Of a stretch of 64,000 bases of DNA, positions 1 to 11,890 are shown piece by piece. Both the position numbers and the translations under genes were made by a program. Positions within the stretch are counted from its first letter, which is position 1; every line of letters begins with the position of its first letter. Origin of the DNA: Lama glama (lineage: Eukaryota); assembly GCA_028534125.1 (NCBI GenBank), contig CM052817.1, positions 69,628,001 to 69,692,000 of the forward strand. Direction: 5' to 3'. Under the pieces are notes generated by a model. That model was given only the letters and a program-made list of their open reading frames with translations, had not been told where the DNA came from and did no database searches.

Positions 1-857
1 TGAAAAAATGCTCAATATTACTAATTATCAGAGAAGTGCAAAATAAAACTACAATGAAGTATCACCTTATACCAGTAAGAATGGCCATCATTAAAAAGTC
101 CACAAACAGTAAATGCTGGAAAGGGTATGGAGAAAAGGGAACTCTCCTACACTGCTGGTTAGAATGGGTTTGGTGCAGCCATTATGGAAAACAGTACTAA
201 GATTCCTCAAAAAACTAAAAACAGACTTACCATATGATCCAGCAATCCCATTCCTGGGCATATATCTGAAGGGAACTCTAATGCAAAAAGATATATGCAC
301 CCCAATGTTCATAGCAGCACTATATACAGTAGGCAAGACATGGAAACAATCTAAATGTCACATCAACTGATGACTGGATAAAGAAGTTGTGGTATATTTG
401 TACAATGGAATACTATTCAGCCATAAAAAATAACAAAAGCATGCCATTTGTAGCAACTTGGATGGACCTAGAGATTGTCATTCTAAGTGAAGTAAGCCAA
501 AAAGAGAAAGAAAATACCATATGATATCACTTATATGTGGAATCTAAAAAAAGAGGAAAAAAGGACAATATGAACTCATCTACAAAACAGACTCGCAGAC
601 ATAGTAAACAATCTTATTGTTACCAGGAAAAGTGAGTGGGAAGTGATAAGTCTGGGAGTTTGAGACTTGAAATGTTAGCCATCATATATAAAAATAGATT
701 TAAAAACAAACAAGTTTCTTCTGTATAGCACAGGGAACTATATTCAATATCTTGTAATAACCTCTAATGAGAAAGAATATGAAAATGAATATATGTATGT
801 ATATGCATGACTGGGACATGGTGCTGTACACCAGAAATGCTGTACACTAGGAAATGT
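1..857 (+). mobile_element. LINE-1 3' end (ORF2 C-terminal remnant plus artiodactyl-type 3'UTR), truncated by the window edge
   Basis: ORF 113-370 resembles the L1 ORF2 C-terminus ([41 protein letters not shown]). 3'UTR motif ctgtatagcacagggaactatattcaatatcttgta. Confidence 0.92.
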
Positions 858-1384
858 TGATGTGTGTTCTGCTAATATCAGTCAAATAGAGGTTTGTTTC
901 TGAAAACCTGTGAGAAACATTATCAATGCCAATTCCTGGTCCCATCTTTCCTCCTTATAGTTATGTGCTCAACTCTCACCATTTACTTATATGTAGGTAA
1001 AAGTAACAAAATCTCAAGACATACTACTCCTATTTTGTGGATAGGCCAGAGGACTCAGGAGATTAGGGAGAACAGGAATAGAAAAGGAACTACCTTCATG
1101 ACAAAACGGCACCTGCCTCTCTGCAGTATGGAGGGGCTGTCCCAATAGACCACTCAATGATTGTGAACATCCAGGTATCAGAATTGAATCCATTAATGAC
1201 TGTGCACTTAATGCAGTCTTGTAAAGTCACATGCCACAGAATATCTCCCTAGCTAATGTTTTATGGCAGGACATTTTTTGGTTTTCAATACCCAACCTTC
1301 ATGGAACATAGGAATCTTTCAGCACAACTTATTTTGGCTGATGTTTGCATTGAAAGGATTTATAATTAAATCCCTAAGACTCAT

Positions 1385-1939
1385 TGTATTAATGGGATTC
1401 TCCAGAGATACAGAATTAAAAGGATGTATACAGATATATATAAGAGGAGATTTATTACAAGAATTAGCTCATGTGATTATGGGAAACAAGAACTCTCATG
1501 ATCTGCTGTCTGCACCCTGGAGACCCAAGAAAGCTGGTGGTGTTCAGTCTGAGAATGAAGGCCTGATGACCAGGGAAGATGATGGTGTAAGTCCAGGTCC
1601 AAAGTCTTGAGAATCAGGGAGCTGATGACATAAGCTCTGGTCCAAGTCCAAAGAAAAGAACCAGTAGAGCTGATGTCAGAGGGCACAAGAAGATGGATGT
1701 TTCAGCTCAAACAGAGCAAATATACCTTTCCTCTGCTGTTTTGTTCTATTCAGGCCCTCAAGAGATTAGATGATGTCCTCTTGCATTGGTGAAGTGATCA
1801 TCTTTACTAGGGTTAACAATTCAAAATTCTAATGTCTTCCAGAAACATGCCCACAGACATACCCCAAAATCATATGTTTTACCAGCCATTTGGGCATCCC
1901 TTAACCCAGTCAAGTTGACAGACAAAATTAACCATCACA
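1385..1939 (-). mobile_element. MLT2-type (ERVL) solo LTR with 5-bp TSD
   Basis: TG...CA termini. The minus strand begins tgtgatggttaattttgtctgtcaacttgactggg, as in MLT2 consensus starts. Flanked by CTCAT at 1380-1384 and 1940-1944. Confidence 0.88.
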
Positions 1940-3789
1940 CTCATTACCACATATTAAACCAAATGATGTATAGGAAAATTCTGTGATTCCAAATGCAATT
2001 GCTGAAATGTCAGACTCTATGCAGACTTTTTTAAAAGCTGAAGAGTGCTAACAGAGGGGAAGTGCAATGAGTTACTGCATGCAAAATAACTATTTATAAC
2101 CACTATTTTTACTGTTTGGGGATTAAGAAGCAATATTGCAAGCATATTACAACTATTACTTATGTATGTAAGTAATATACATAATTACTGTATTGGCTCC
2201 ATTAAAGGAAATTGGTGGGGAGGGAATGGTGTATCACACTTACTTTTTCTATTTTAAATAGGGAACAAGCCAAAAGTCAGCTTTTTGTTGCACAGAACAT
2301 CTGAGTTTCACAAAAGAATTTCTGATATTAAGAAGGTTATGTGTAATTGTATTTCAATAACTCAGGTGGCAGCGAAGATGCACTGATCACCCTGTCTCAG
2401 AAGAACACAAAGTATCCATCATTTCCTTTCTTACTCTCTGGAAATCAGGACGCTTTAATTGCTACCTCATCTTGGGACTTGATTCCATTGGAATCATGAG
2501 CATCAAAGAATTAACAAAGTCAGAAGACTGACTGGTTTTTCTCTTCGTGTCAGCGAACACTGTGGTGGCAGGAAGGCCTTTGTGATGTTGCCAAACTCTT
2601 GTGGAAGGTTATGGAGGCTGCAGCAAATGTCGTCAGCACAGATGCTGGCTGCCAGGATTCAGCAACCTAGAGTAACAACTTCTGAATATTTACTTAGTGA
2701 TCTCTAGGTACTGGGACTGTCCTGATTGTTTAAATACAGGTAATAAAGTACTGATTCCCCTTTTCCAGGAGTCAAAAGTGGACACAGAAACCAGGACAGC
2801 TTTTCAGAAGTGAGCAAAGTGCCTGATGCAGAGTCTGTGAGACCTTCTTTGTACAGTCACCACTTTGAGGATAAATAAGTTCACTTTTGTGAATTCTGAG
2901 CACAGAAATGTGCTCAAAGTTGCTGGGACCTTGTTTGATGACACTTCTAATTTAGACCTTGATGCTGTCAAAGATGTGAAAATGATCATCCTTCACAGAT
3001 AAAGAGAGAATGATGGTGGAAGTGCTGCTATTGCTTACAATCAGTTATGTCTCCATTTGCAAAAGTGTGAGCTAGAGAAAGGTTTATTTTTAAATGAATC
3101 AGTACATAAAGATGAATCTGCTTAAGACATGTAGAGGATAAGGAAGGCATCTGCTTCAGAATCTCTGTACTTTATAAATGTGAGAGTTGTGTGTTTCTTT
3201 TTAAATCAATATATACAATGCAACAGATTTTATCAAAAATCTTATCGTCTGTAACCTCTGCTCATGAGGAGGAAAGATTACAACTGTTGGTCTAAATTTG
3301 TAACAATGCAAAGTAAATTCCTACTTGTCCTGTCAACACATTAAGGTATCTAAATATAGAAACATTCATCACACTTTAAAAAGGGGCTGACAATCTACTC
3401 TCTGAAAGAAATATATTTTTTCTTTCCTTGGGAAAAAAGAGGTTTTCGTAGTTATGCAAGCAAACATATACACACACAACCCCCATATATCAGTATGATC
3501 TTGTGTTGTAAGCCAAGGAGCAAAGATTTAGAACATAAATTTTTTTCCATATAAGTAATTTCCCTTATTGAACATTCCACATATAAAAACTGGAGCGCAC
3601 ACATGTAGCACACTCGACTTCTTCTTCCACAAACATTCAGATTTGTGGTGTCTAAACTAGATACTCCAATGTTTGTTTCTTTCCTTTCTTTATAAAGAAA
3701 TATAAAAATATAAAATCCCTTCAGGTATTGTAATGTAATGAGGGTAGACCACAATTCATAACTGTTACGCAGATAGGGAGACATTATGG

Positions 3790-4190
3790 CAAAGAAAATG
3801 AACAGTTTACTAGCTACATGTAATAAGAGTGAATCTCACAAACATAAAACCAAATATTAGAACCCAGACAAAAGAATACATAGTGTATGATGACACACAT
3901 ACCAAGTTTTAAAAGCAGGCAAAACCAACCTCTGATATTTAGGGATAAATGCTTCAATGATAAAACTACAAATAAAAGTAAGGAAATGACTTCCCAAAAA
4001 AAGACTGTGGTTTCCTTTGTGGAGAAAGTAGGAAATAATGACTGAGACAGGGCACGGAGGATATTTCTGGGCCAATGGCAGTAAAAGAAAACTGGTGTTT
4101 GCTTTGCAATGAATAGATGAGAAATGAACTGGGCTTGTGAGTGTGTGTACTTTTCTATAAATGTGTTTCATTGCAAAATGTAAAGTTGGA
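3790..4190 (+). mobile_element. Ancient L1 (L1M-type) 3' fragment
   Basis: Degenerate motifs gtgaatctcacaaacataa...aaagaatacatagtgtatga...aggcaaaaccaacc. Confidence 0.55.
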
Positions 4191-4734
4191 AAAAACATAA
4201 TTTGTGAATCCAATTATATTTTAAGAGCCTTTAAGAAAAGACTAGTACTTCTGGTGCTTGAATTTCACATTTGGAAATCTAATTTATAGAGATAATCTCT
4301 TTAAAATGTCTTATTCCTGATGATATTCACTGAAAAATTATCACTACTTTGGAAAATTACTACTAAAATCCAGCAATAAAGAAAATGGCTTAAATTATGC
4401 TTATAAACAATTTGATCTAATAATACATGTGGTATAATTATGACTGTGTTTTTAAAAAATTCTATCTATAGAAACAAGACTTAAAAGACACAATAAAATG
4501 TTAAAAGTTAGTTTGGGTAGTGGGATTATAGCTGACTTTTTCTTCATGTTTATCTGATTTCTTTATCTTCCTCTAATTAGCACTTATTAATTTAAAAGTT
4601 TTTTAAATAGACTTCTTTCCAGTTTGGGGGAAACTTTTATACAATCATGACTTGACTTATTTATGTTTCTCTGTGCAGTATGTTGGAGTTTGAAACATCT
4701 TAATTTTTCAGAGCCTCCTAGGAACCTTGTAAAG

Positions 4735-4850
4735 GATTATCATTCCTTGGTCAACTGCAGAAATAGAGGCACATGGAGCTTAAATAACTTGACCTAAGCC
4801 CCAAAGTAGGAGAGCCAGAATTTGAACCCATTCTTCTTAATTTAAAATTC
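4735..4850 (-). mobile_element. MIR SINE fragment
   Basis: gaaatagaggcacatggagcttaaataacttgacctaag...agagccagaatttgaaccca matches the antisense MIR core. Confidence 0.6.
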
Positions 4851-5740
4851 TGAAATGTATTAAATCATACCATACATATAGGTAGGGTTACAAAAGTATG
4901 ATTATCTATAAATAAGAATAACAGTAACTAATTCTCCCTAAAAAATATAGTAGCAATGTCCAATAGTGAGATCCAGATTACCAGGCAGATATCATGTTAA
5001 CCAGTGATTCTCAACATTTGGGGTGGGTGGAGATACAGATGCCTGCAAGGATTTGCTAAAAGCACCACCACCACACACACCCCCTCCAAAAGCACACATA
5101 CACACATATGCAGGGTCTTTCTCCCATTTAATTCATAAAAATTTATGAAGCCTGGTTTTAACTCCCACCTACATGAATATGATTTCAAGAGAGCAATGAA
5201 CTAGCACTAAGTATCAAAAATGGCTGGGAAAAACAGAGGTTAATTAAGTAGAAAGAAGTGTTTAGGACAAGCTTTTTTTTCTCCTCAAGCTTCAATAAAA
5301 TCCACAACAAAGAACAAAGACAGTAGAAATAGCACCATTCGTTGTCCACTGTGAAGTTTTCAAGGATGGCAGATAATCTTTCCTTCCCACACCCAGAAAA
5401 GCAGAAGTCTTACAAAGAACTCCTCAAGGCCAGTGGATAAATCCCTATTGCCCCTGTATATTGTATAAAAGGGAGGCTCAAGACTTGCAATTATTTCTTC
5501 CCTGAACAGAGTCCTGGACCCAGATGGGTGAAAATGGAAATACAGTAATACAAAGCTGATGAGACAGCTCCAGGCATGAGACCAACCTATCTTGCTCAGA
5601 TCTTCCCTGGCAAGTGGATCTGAGATACTTGAAGGAGAGAACAAAAGAGACCCTCAGGGCTCTGACATGCTCCATGCCGTGCTTGCCAGGAAGCTCCCAG
5701 CCCATCACACTGCTCCAGGTCATCATTCATACATGTTTGG

Positions 5741-5791
5741 CCATATTCTCTCATCCTAGCTCCATATTCCCTCATCCTAGCTCCAAATTCC
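5741..5791. repeat. 21-bp tandem repeat, about 2.4 copies
   Basis: ccatattc(t/c)ctcatcctagct x2 followed by ccaaattcc. Confidence 0.8.
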
Positions 5792-6896
5792 AAAACATAC
5801 TCATTGGATTATGACTATAAGCCTATTTATGTTACCCACCCCCCATCCCACCACTCCTCCCCCTCTCAACTCCACAATACTGGAAAATTCACTCAAAACT
5901 TGGTAATGCTTAAGTTATAAATGTCTGGACTCTCACATGTTACAGAACAAGCTGACTTCCATGTGCTGCGGCAGAGTTGGAGGACCAGGTTGCAGTGCTT
6001 AAACTGATGTCTGTTCCCTCTGCAGCCATCATCTACCTCCTCCTTGCCTGCCCCAGTGCCACATCAGATGGGGATGCAAGCTCTGACTAGACAATATGGA
6101 ACGAGTACAGTAAAACCCAGAAGGAACATTTATGAATCCCTAAGTAACAGGAACTCTGAGTTAACTGCTTTCAAATCTTTTATCTTACCAATCCCAAACC
6201 CCTGTGAGACCCTTGTTTTATAGGCAAGAGAAGACACCTAGCGGCTCAGAGGAGTCAAATGACTTTCCCAAGGATACAATGAGAAATGCTCAGAGTTGGC
6301 TCAGAGTTGTTCTGATATAAGCTTTCTAACCACACTCAACCATGACACACAATCAAGGACCCTCAGTTTACAAGCTTAAACTCAGGATTCCTTAACAAAG
6401 CTTTGCCAGGTGGATCCCTCCCAGACCCATCCTCCATCTGTCTTAGAAACTTAAGCATTATGACAATTGCTTGCATGACAGTCTAAGCTGAGGTTTCTAT
6501 GCCTTTGTTTTATATAAAATGAGGAAGGCAGTATCAGACTCTTTCCTACTTTCTAGGCTTATATCAAGAGCAAAACTAAGTTATGTAGGTAAGGCTAATT
6601 AAACAGAATTTCCATCTTGCTGTCTTGTTTGACTCATACATAGGAAAATTGTTTTAGAGTATGAATTCTGAGCTGGCACAAAGAAGAAAGAAATAGCAAC
6701 TACAGTGGTATGATAAATAAGAAAAGGGTTTCAAGCTCATAAAACATAAATGCTTAGTACAAAATATCTGTCACTTTCTTTTTCTCATTGTCCTAATTTC
6801 CCCATTCAATTATTATTTTATCATGTTTTCTCATTTGAATTCCGTAACATAGCTTAAATCTTTTTGGAAACAAAATCCAGAAAAAATTTTTAACAT

Positions 6897-7272
6897 TGTG
6901 ACAGAAACTAGCTAAATGCTCAATAATCCCATTAACTCTTCCTGGGAATCCAGGGAAACTACATTTCCTGGCATTCCATGCAGTTAGTTTGGAATCATGT
7001 AACCAATCCTGGTCAGTGGAATGAAGATAGCACGAGAAAAAGGCCACGTTCAAGGTCTGGCCTTAACACCCTTGGACAGTCATCCCCACTCTCTCTGCTC
7101 TTCCACAGTGATCAAGGAATCCACAGATTACAAGGAATGAAATCAAAAAATGGAGTGATCTACATCTACCTACAGACTGTGATAAATGCAGGAAATGAAC
7201 TGCTTTTGTATTAAGCCAACAAGATTTGGAGATTATTTTTATAGCAGTTAGCATTGCTTATCTTGATTATGT
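6897..7272 (+). mobile_element. MLT1-type (MaLR) LTR remnant
   Basis: Starts tgtgacag. Internal actacatttcctggcattccatgcagttag; MaLR-like end ttgtattaagccaacaagatttggagattatttttatagcag. Confidence 0.65.
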
Positions 7273-7414
7273 AGTAAGAAAATTCACATTATTCTACCTT
7301 TTAAGACTGGGAAACAAAAGGTAGAAAAAAATAATTTTCGAATCTTTAGCAAATTATACAAACGGACAGGTTATTAAGTGCAAAGTCATGTTTTCAGTTC
7401 TGGCAGGAATTCCC

Positions 7415-7660
7415 AACACTGGTGCACAAGTATCTGAGTCCCTGTTTTCAGTTCTTTTCAGGGTGCACCTAGAAACTGAGTGCTGGATTGTATGGTAATT
7501 CTATGTTTAACTTTCTGAAGAACCACCACACCACTTTCCACAGCTGTTGCAGCACGCTGCATTCCAGCCAAGAGTGCACCGGGGCCGCAATTTCTCTACA
7601 TCCTCACCAACACTGTACATTTTCTGTTTTTATGATAGTAGCCAACTTAACTTATGTGAT
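7415..7660 (-). mobile_element. Old L1 ORF2 3' fragment, antisense
   Basis: gctggattgtatggtaattctatgtttaactttctgaagaaccaccacacc...catcctcaccaacact. Confidence 0.8.
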
Positions 7661-8024
7661 ATTTCCTTTTATATGTCTGTCTACTGCACTACTATTCTTT
7701 GTTACTTATGGAAGGTAAAAATAGAAAATCATATTTTAAAAAGACAGATAATACAATCTATATTTTTAAATAAATTTAAATTTTTTTAATTAATTTTCCT
7801 CAGAACCTTGTGCTTATACTAAAACTTTAACACTAACATTCATGATTTCGATGAGCACAAAGTGATTAAATATACTGTCACTGGCAAAGTCCACGAACAA
7901 ATCCTGAGGGAAAAAAGAATCTGGGTAATAAAGTCTAACCTTTTTTTCCTTTGGCTTAGTCTTGTTTCACTTGCTCTTGGATGCTGAGTACAAAGGCTGT
8001 GCAATGAGCACTTCAGAAGGGAGT

Positions 8025-8330
8025 TATTCCCGAGAAACGGCTGCGCCAAACGCCTCAGCTTTGCCGCCACAGAAGCACTGCAGCACACCAGTGCGATTCA
8101 AGATGGCGGGGCTGTGTGCAGAGACGCTGCGCCTGGCAGTCCCGCGTGAGCGACCCAGCCGCTCCTCATCGCGAGAACTCCCCTACTCACGGAGGACCGA
8201 TAAAGCCGCCCCGCCCACAGCCTGTCCAGCCTACCGTAAAGCGCGAGCTCGCGCTTCTCCAATTCTCTGATCGAAGAGTAAAGCCTTCCTTTGCTCCTGA
8301 ACCAAACTCAGTCTCATTCTATTGGCTCAG
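8025..8330. promoter_or_regulatory. Small CpG-dense promoter/enhancer-like element (YY1 motif, GC box, inverted CCAAT), possibly LTR-derived
   Basis: About 25 CpGs in 8031-8273 against a CpG-poor background. CAAGATGGCGG at 8099-8109, CCCCGCCC at 8209-8216, ATTGG at 8321-8325, 18-bp palindrome at 8239-8256. Confidence 0.5.
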
Positions 8331-9274
8331 ATGACACCAAGCAGGAGGATCCTTGTTGGGGACCGTCTCAGGAGGGTGGGTTTTTAAATCTTAATTCAAC
8401 ATTTTGTGATGTCACTGAGTTTTAATGGCTGTCATCAGCAAAAAGTCCCTTGCGTAGATACCTAGAGCCACACGGAAAAACTATCCCTGGTTGTCAATAC
8501 CGGAGTTTACTTTTCTATTTCTTCTACCGTTTCTCAATATTTTTCTGTTAAAATACCACTAGTAAATTTTCTTTTTTCTGCTAAGTCTGTTTCCTCATAA
8601 GTGAATTGGAAAGTATTACATTTGTATTATTAACAAATAATTTCAAAATTCACTAAAGCTCTCTATTTGAAGGATGTTTTTAAACAGAAAATTTAGTTTC
8701 CAATTTTCTAACAGTTTAGATATGAGAAAACTTGTACATGACACATTTATGTTGTTTTTGATGATAAAATAACAATGGAAATACTTCAAAACATCCAACT
8801 TCAAAATGCTTTGTTCACAGCAGGAGTTTCTTTTGAAAAGCAATTACTTTCTCTTTTACTATTAAAACATCACTTTAAACTTGTGGGATAGATTGTGTTT
8901 ATATTTTCCAAAAAATATCTGCTGGGTAGCATACTACTGACAGCCACTTGTCATCACAGAAGAGGATAGCAAATTTGGAACACTTGCCTTTTTGTTTAAA
9001 AATGCAAAATACATTTTTAAGTTAAACAACTCTTTAGTACTTCGCCATGAGAAATGTGGTGAAACTGTTATAGTACAAAAGATTTCCACAGTCTCTTCCC
9101 ATCTCATTACAAAATCCATTATTTTATTTTGTTTCTGTAAAACTAAGTGCATCAGCACCCTCTGTATCATGGAAAAGGCAATACTTCAGGATAGGATTAT
9201 AGTAAGTGAAAGAGTGAGGCGTGTTGTCCAGCCCGCTGCTTGGTGGAATTCCCACTGATAATAAAATACAAAAA

Positions 9275-9505
9275 CAGCCACAAGATACTGTCTTTCTCCT
9301 CCTATGCTTTGCAATGTGACCTTCCAATTTGACTTTGGAGCTTCTTCCACCAAATGATAGACTATTTCCTCTCCCCTTGAATCTGGGCAGCCTTGCCACT
9401 TGTTTTGGCCAATGGAATGTGGCAGGACACCAGGGTACAAGTTTGAAGTCTGGGCCTCTAGACATCACATGCTTCCACTTTTTGCTCTTGGAACTCAGTC
9501 ACCCA
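9275..9505 (+). mobile_element. MLT1 (MaLR) LTR fragment
   Basis: ccccttgaatctgggcagccttgccacttgttttggccaatggaatgtggcagga is a characteristic MLT1F/G-like motif. Confidence 0.65.
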
Positions 9506-9514
9506 GTAATCAAG

Positions 9515-9657
9515 CAGGGGCTTCTTAGAAATACAGGTCCCTGAGCCCTTTTCTCCAGAGATTCTGATTCATTGGGTCCAGAGATCTACATTTTTATCAA
9601 GCATCAGAAGAAATTCTGACTCAGGAAGTCTTCAGAAAACACTTTAGAAAAATCTGT
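9515..9657. mobile_element. MER5-type hAT DNA transposon relic
   Basis: ccagagattctgattcattgggtc...atctacatttttatcaagcatc...aattctga...cactttagaaaa. Confidence 0.6.
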
Positions 9658-9761
9658 CTTGATTACAGAGCATCCTCAACTCTAGGCATATTGTAAGAAT
9701 CAGAAAATACATATGAACTAGTGTTCACTCATAGTCTAAAATGTGTGCCACCTTTGCAGAA

Positions 9762-9972
9762 TTCCTGAGTTTGAGTCTAAGCCTGACTTTGCATTTTACT
9801 AGATTTGTGATCTTGAGTAATTCCCCTATCCTCTCTGAGCTTCAGTTTGCCTGCCTGTAAAATAGGAATTTTACCTACCTCTTTAGTCTACTGCAAAAAA
9901 TTAAATGAGATAAGTCGTATAAAGCACTCAACACAGAATGTGGTGCACAATAGATGTTCAACTATTTATTAT
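9762..9972 (+). mobile_element. MIR SINE
   Basis: ctctctgagcttcagtttgcctgcctgtaaaatagg...ttaaatgagataag...gcacaatagatgttcaa. Confidence 0.75.
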
Positions 9973-10099
9973 TCTTGACTCATTGTTATATTGTTATCTT
10001 TAAGTACCTCCTCCTCCCAAAGAGCTAATTTGCATTTCTGGACACCTCTAAATCCCTCAATGAAAACCCTGTCTTACACAAAGTCAGGCCCTGACATCA

Positions 10100-10312
10100 G
10101 TCATACTTTGGTTCCTGTCCCCACCTCCACCACTTAATAACATATGACCTTGAGACTTAACCTAAGTCTCAGTTTTTGCAACTGTGAAACAGGGACAGAA
10201 GTGTCACCTTATACCATAGGGTTGTGAAGACTAGAAAAGTTAATGTATGTAAAGTCTTTTACCCAATGCCTGGTGCATTGTAACCCACAGCAAACATTAC
10301 TTATTAGCATTA
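10100..10312 (+). mobile_element. MIR SINE
   Basis: tgaccttgagacttaacctaagtctcagtttt...catagggttgtgaagact...aatgcctggtgcat. Confidence 0.7.
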
Positions 10313-10923
10313 TTTCCTCAGGGCTCTTCTTCATGCATCCTGAAATTCTAATTAGGAAGAAACATCTGTGGTTTTCCAAGAAACAATCTAGAAGCATAAT
10401 GGTTAGGTGGCATCCCAGGTGTTCTTTGTATATACAGTGGGTATCCTGTAACCTGACAACACTGATGGAATGATTAGAAAGAGGGCCCCCAGGGAAGTGG
10501 AAGAAGAGGGGCCCCCAGAGGTTTTCCCAAGGCACAGACACATCTGGTATTTGGAGCTGCCACAACAGGAATTAATTTGAACGCATATTGTCAAAAGCTC
10601 ACCTATGAGTGAACAAATGATGTCAAAGCTTATGTGGCCACCAAGACAGCTCAGACAGAGCTATGAGGCCCAGGAGTTACTTGCAAAGATGATAAAGCCA
10701 TCCTCTCTTCTCCATTGCTTCTTTCAACACCTAAGCCAACCCCTTCCAGCCCTCTGTCTGAATAAGCACAACACTTTGTACTGATCCCTGTGCAGTTCCT
10801 ACTCCCTTCTCAGCACATTGTGGCCAAAGTTACTTACCTAAGTTCCCTGCTTGCCTCATGTCACACTCCTGGGTGAAAACCTACAGTGGCTGGTCCTATT
10901 GGGTCTAATGTAAATGCTTCATT

Positions 10924-11072
10924 GGGGGAGGGGTTAGCTCGGTGGTAGAGCGTATGCTTAGCATGCACGAGGTCCTGGATTCGATACCTAGTACCTCCAT
11001 TAAAATAAGTAAATAAACCTAATTACCTCCTCTGCCCCCCTAAAAAACATTAGAAAAAAAATGTAAATAAAC
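10924..11072 (+). mobile_element. tRNA(Ala)-derived SINE resembling camelid vic-1, with 10-bp TSD
   Basis: tRNA-like head ggggagggttagctcggtggtagagcgtatgcttagcatgcacgaggtcctggattcgatacc with A and B boxes, then an A-rich tail. aaatgcttca at 10912-10921 and 11073-11082. Confidence 0.82.
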
Positions 11073-11310
11073 AAATGCTTCACCCCTCCATATGCAGGAT
11101 ATTCTCCTCATTAAGAATATCAGTAATCCCCAGCTGCAGAGAGTGGGTCAGGGTGACACTCTCCAGAACATTCAGGGGCCCGGTGACACAGTTTGGAGTC
11201 AGTAAAATTCCCCTGGGCCCTCACACTTTACAGCTAATTTCAATGCCTCCTAGCCAGAATAAAACAAGACACTTTGGGGTTTTTTAATTTGCATTAATAA
11301 GAAATCTAGT

Positions 11311-11890
11311 CATGGGTATGAAATGTACAGTGTGAGAATATAATCAACAATTATGTAATGTCTCTAGGGTGGCATATAGAAACTAGACTGATTGAGGCAA
11401 CCTTTTGGTCATGTATAGAAATAGAGAATCACTATATTGTGTATCAGGAACTGACATAGTGTCATAGGGCAATTATACTTAAGAAACAAATTCATAGAAA
11501 GAGATCAGACTTGTGGTTACCAGAGGCGGGGAGAGGAGAGAGTGAGAATTGGATAAAAGTGGTCAAAAGGCACAAAACTCTAGTTTTAAGATAAATAAGA
11601 ACTAGGAATGTAATGTACAACATGCTAAATATAATTAACACTGCTGTATGTTATATATGAAAGTTGTTAAGAGTAAATCCTAACAGTTCTCATCACAAGG
11701 AAAAAAAATTTTTATTTCTTTAATTTTGTGTCTATATGAGATGATGGATATTCACTAAATTTATTGTGGTCATCACTTCATGATGCAGATAAGTCAAATC
11801 ATTATGTTGTACACCTTAAACTTATACAGTGCTGTATGTCAATTACAGCTCAATAAAACTAGAAGGAAAAAATCTTTAAAAGAAAAAAAT
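11311..11890 (+). mobile_element. 5'-truncated L1, 3'UTR only (laurasiatherian L1MA-like)
   Basis: agacttgtggttaccagaggcgggg...tgtacaccttaaacttatacagtgctgtatgtcaattacagctcaataaaact plus an A-rich tail. Candidate TSD aaatctagt at 11302-11310 and 11920-11928. Confidence 0.8.

Noticed and set aside
5741..5791. Short direct repeats as a CRISPR-like array
   Set aside because: These are abutting tandem units without spacers in a mammalian genome. There are no cas genes or prokaryotic sequence anywhere in the window.
7962..8270. 102-aa ORF across the CpG-dense element
   Set aside because: It has a non-ATG start, no recognisable homology, and is explained by local GC richness.
10924..10996. Possible tRNA-Ala gene
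   Set aside because: It has a SINE tail, an A-rich end and a TSD, and its stems are degenerate. It is a SINE head.
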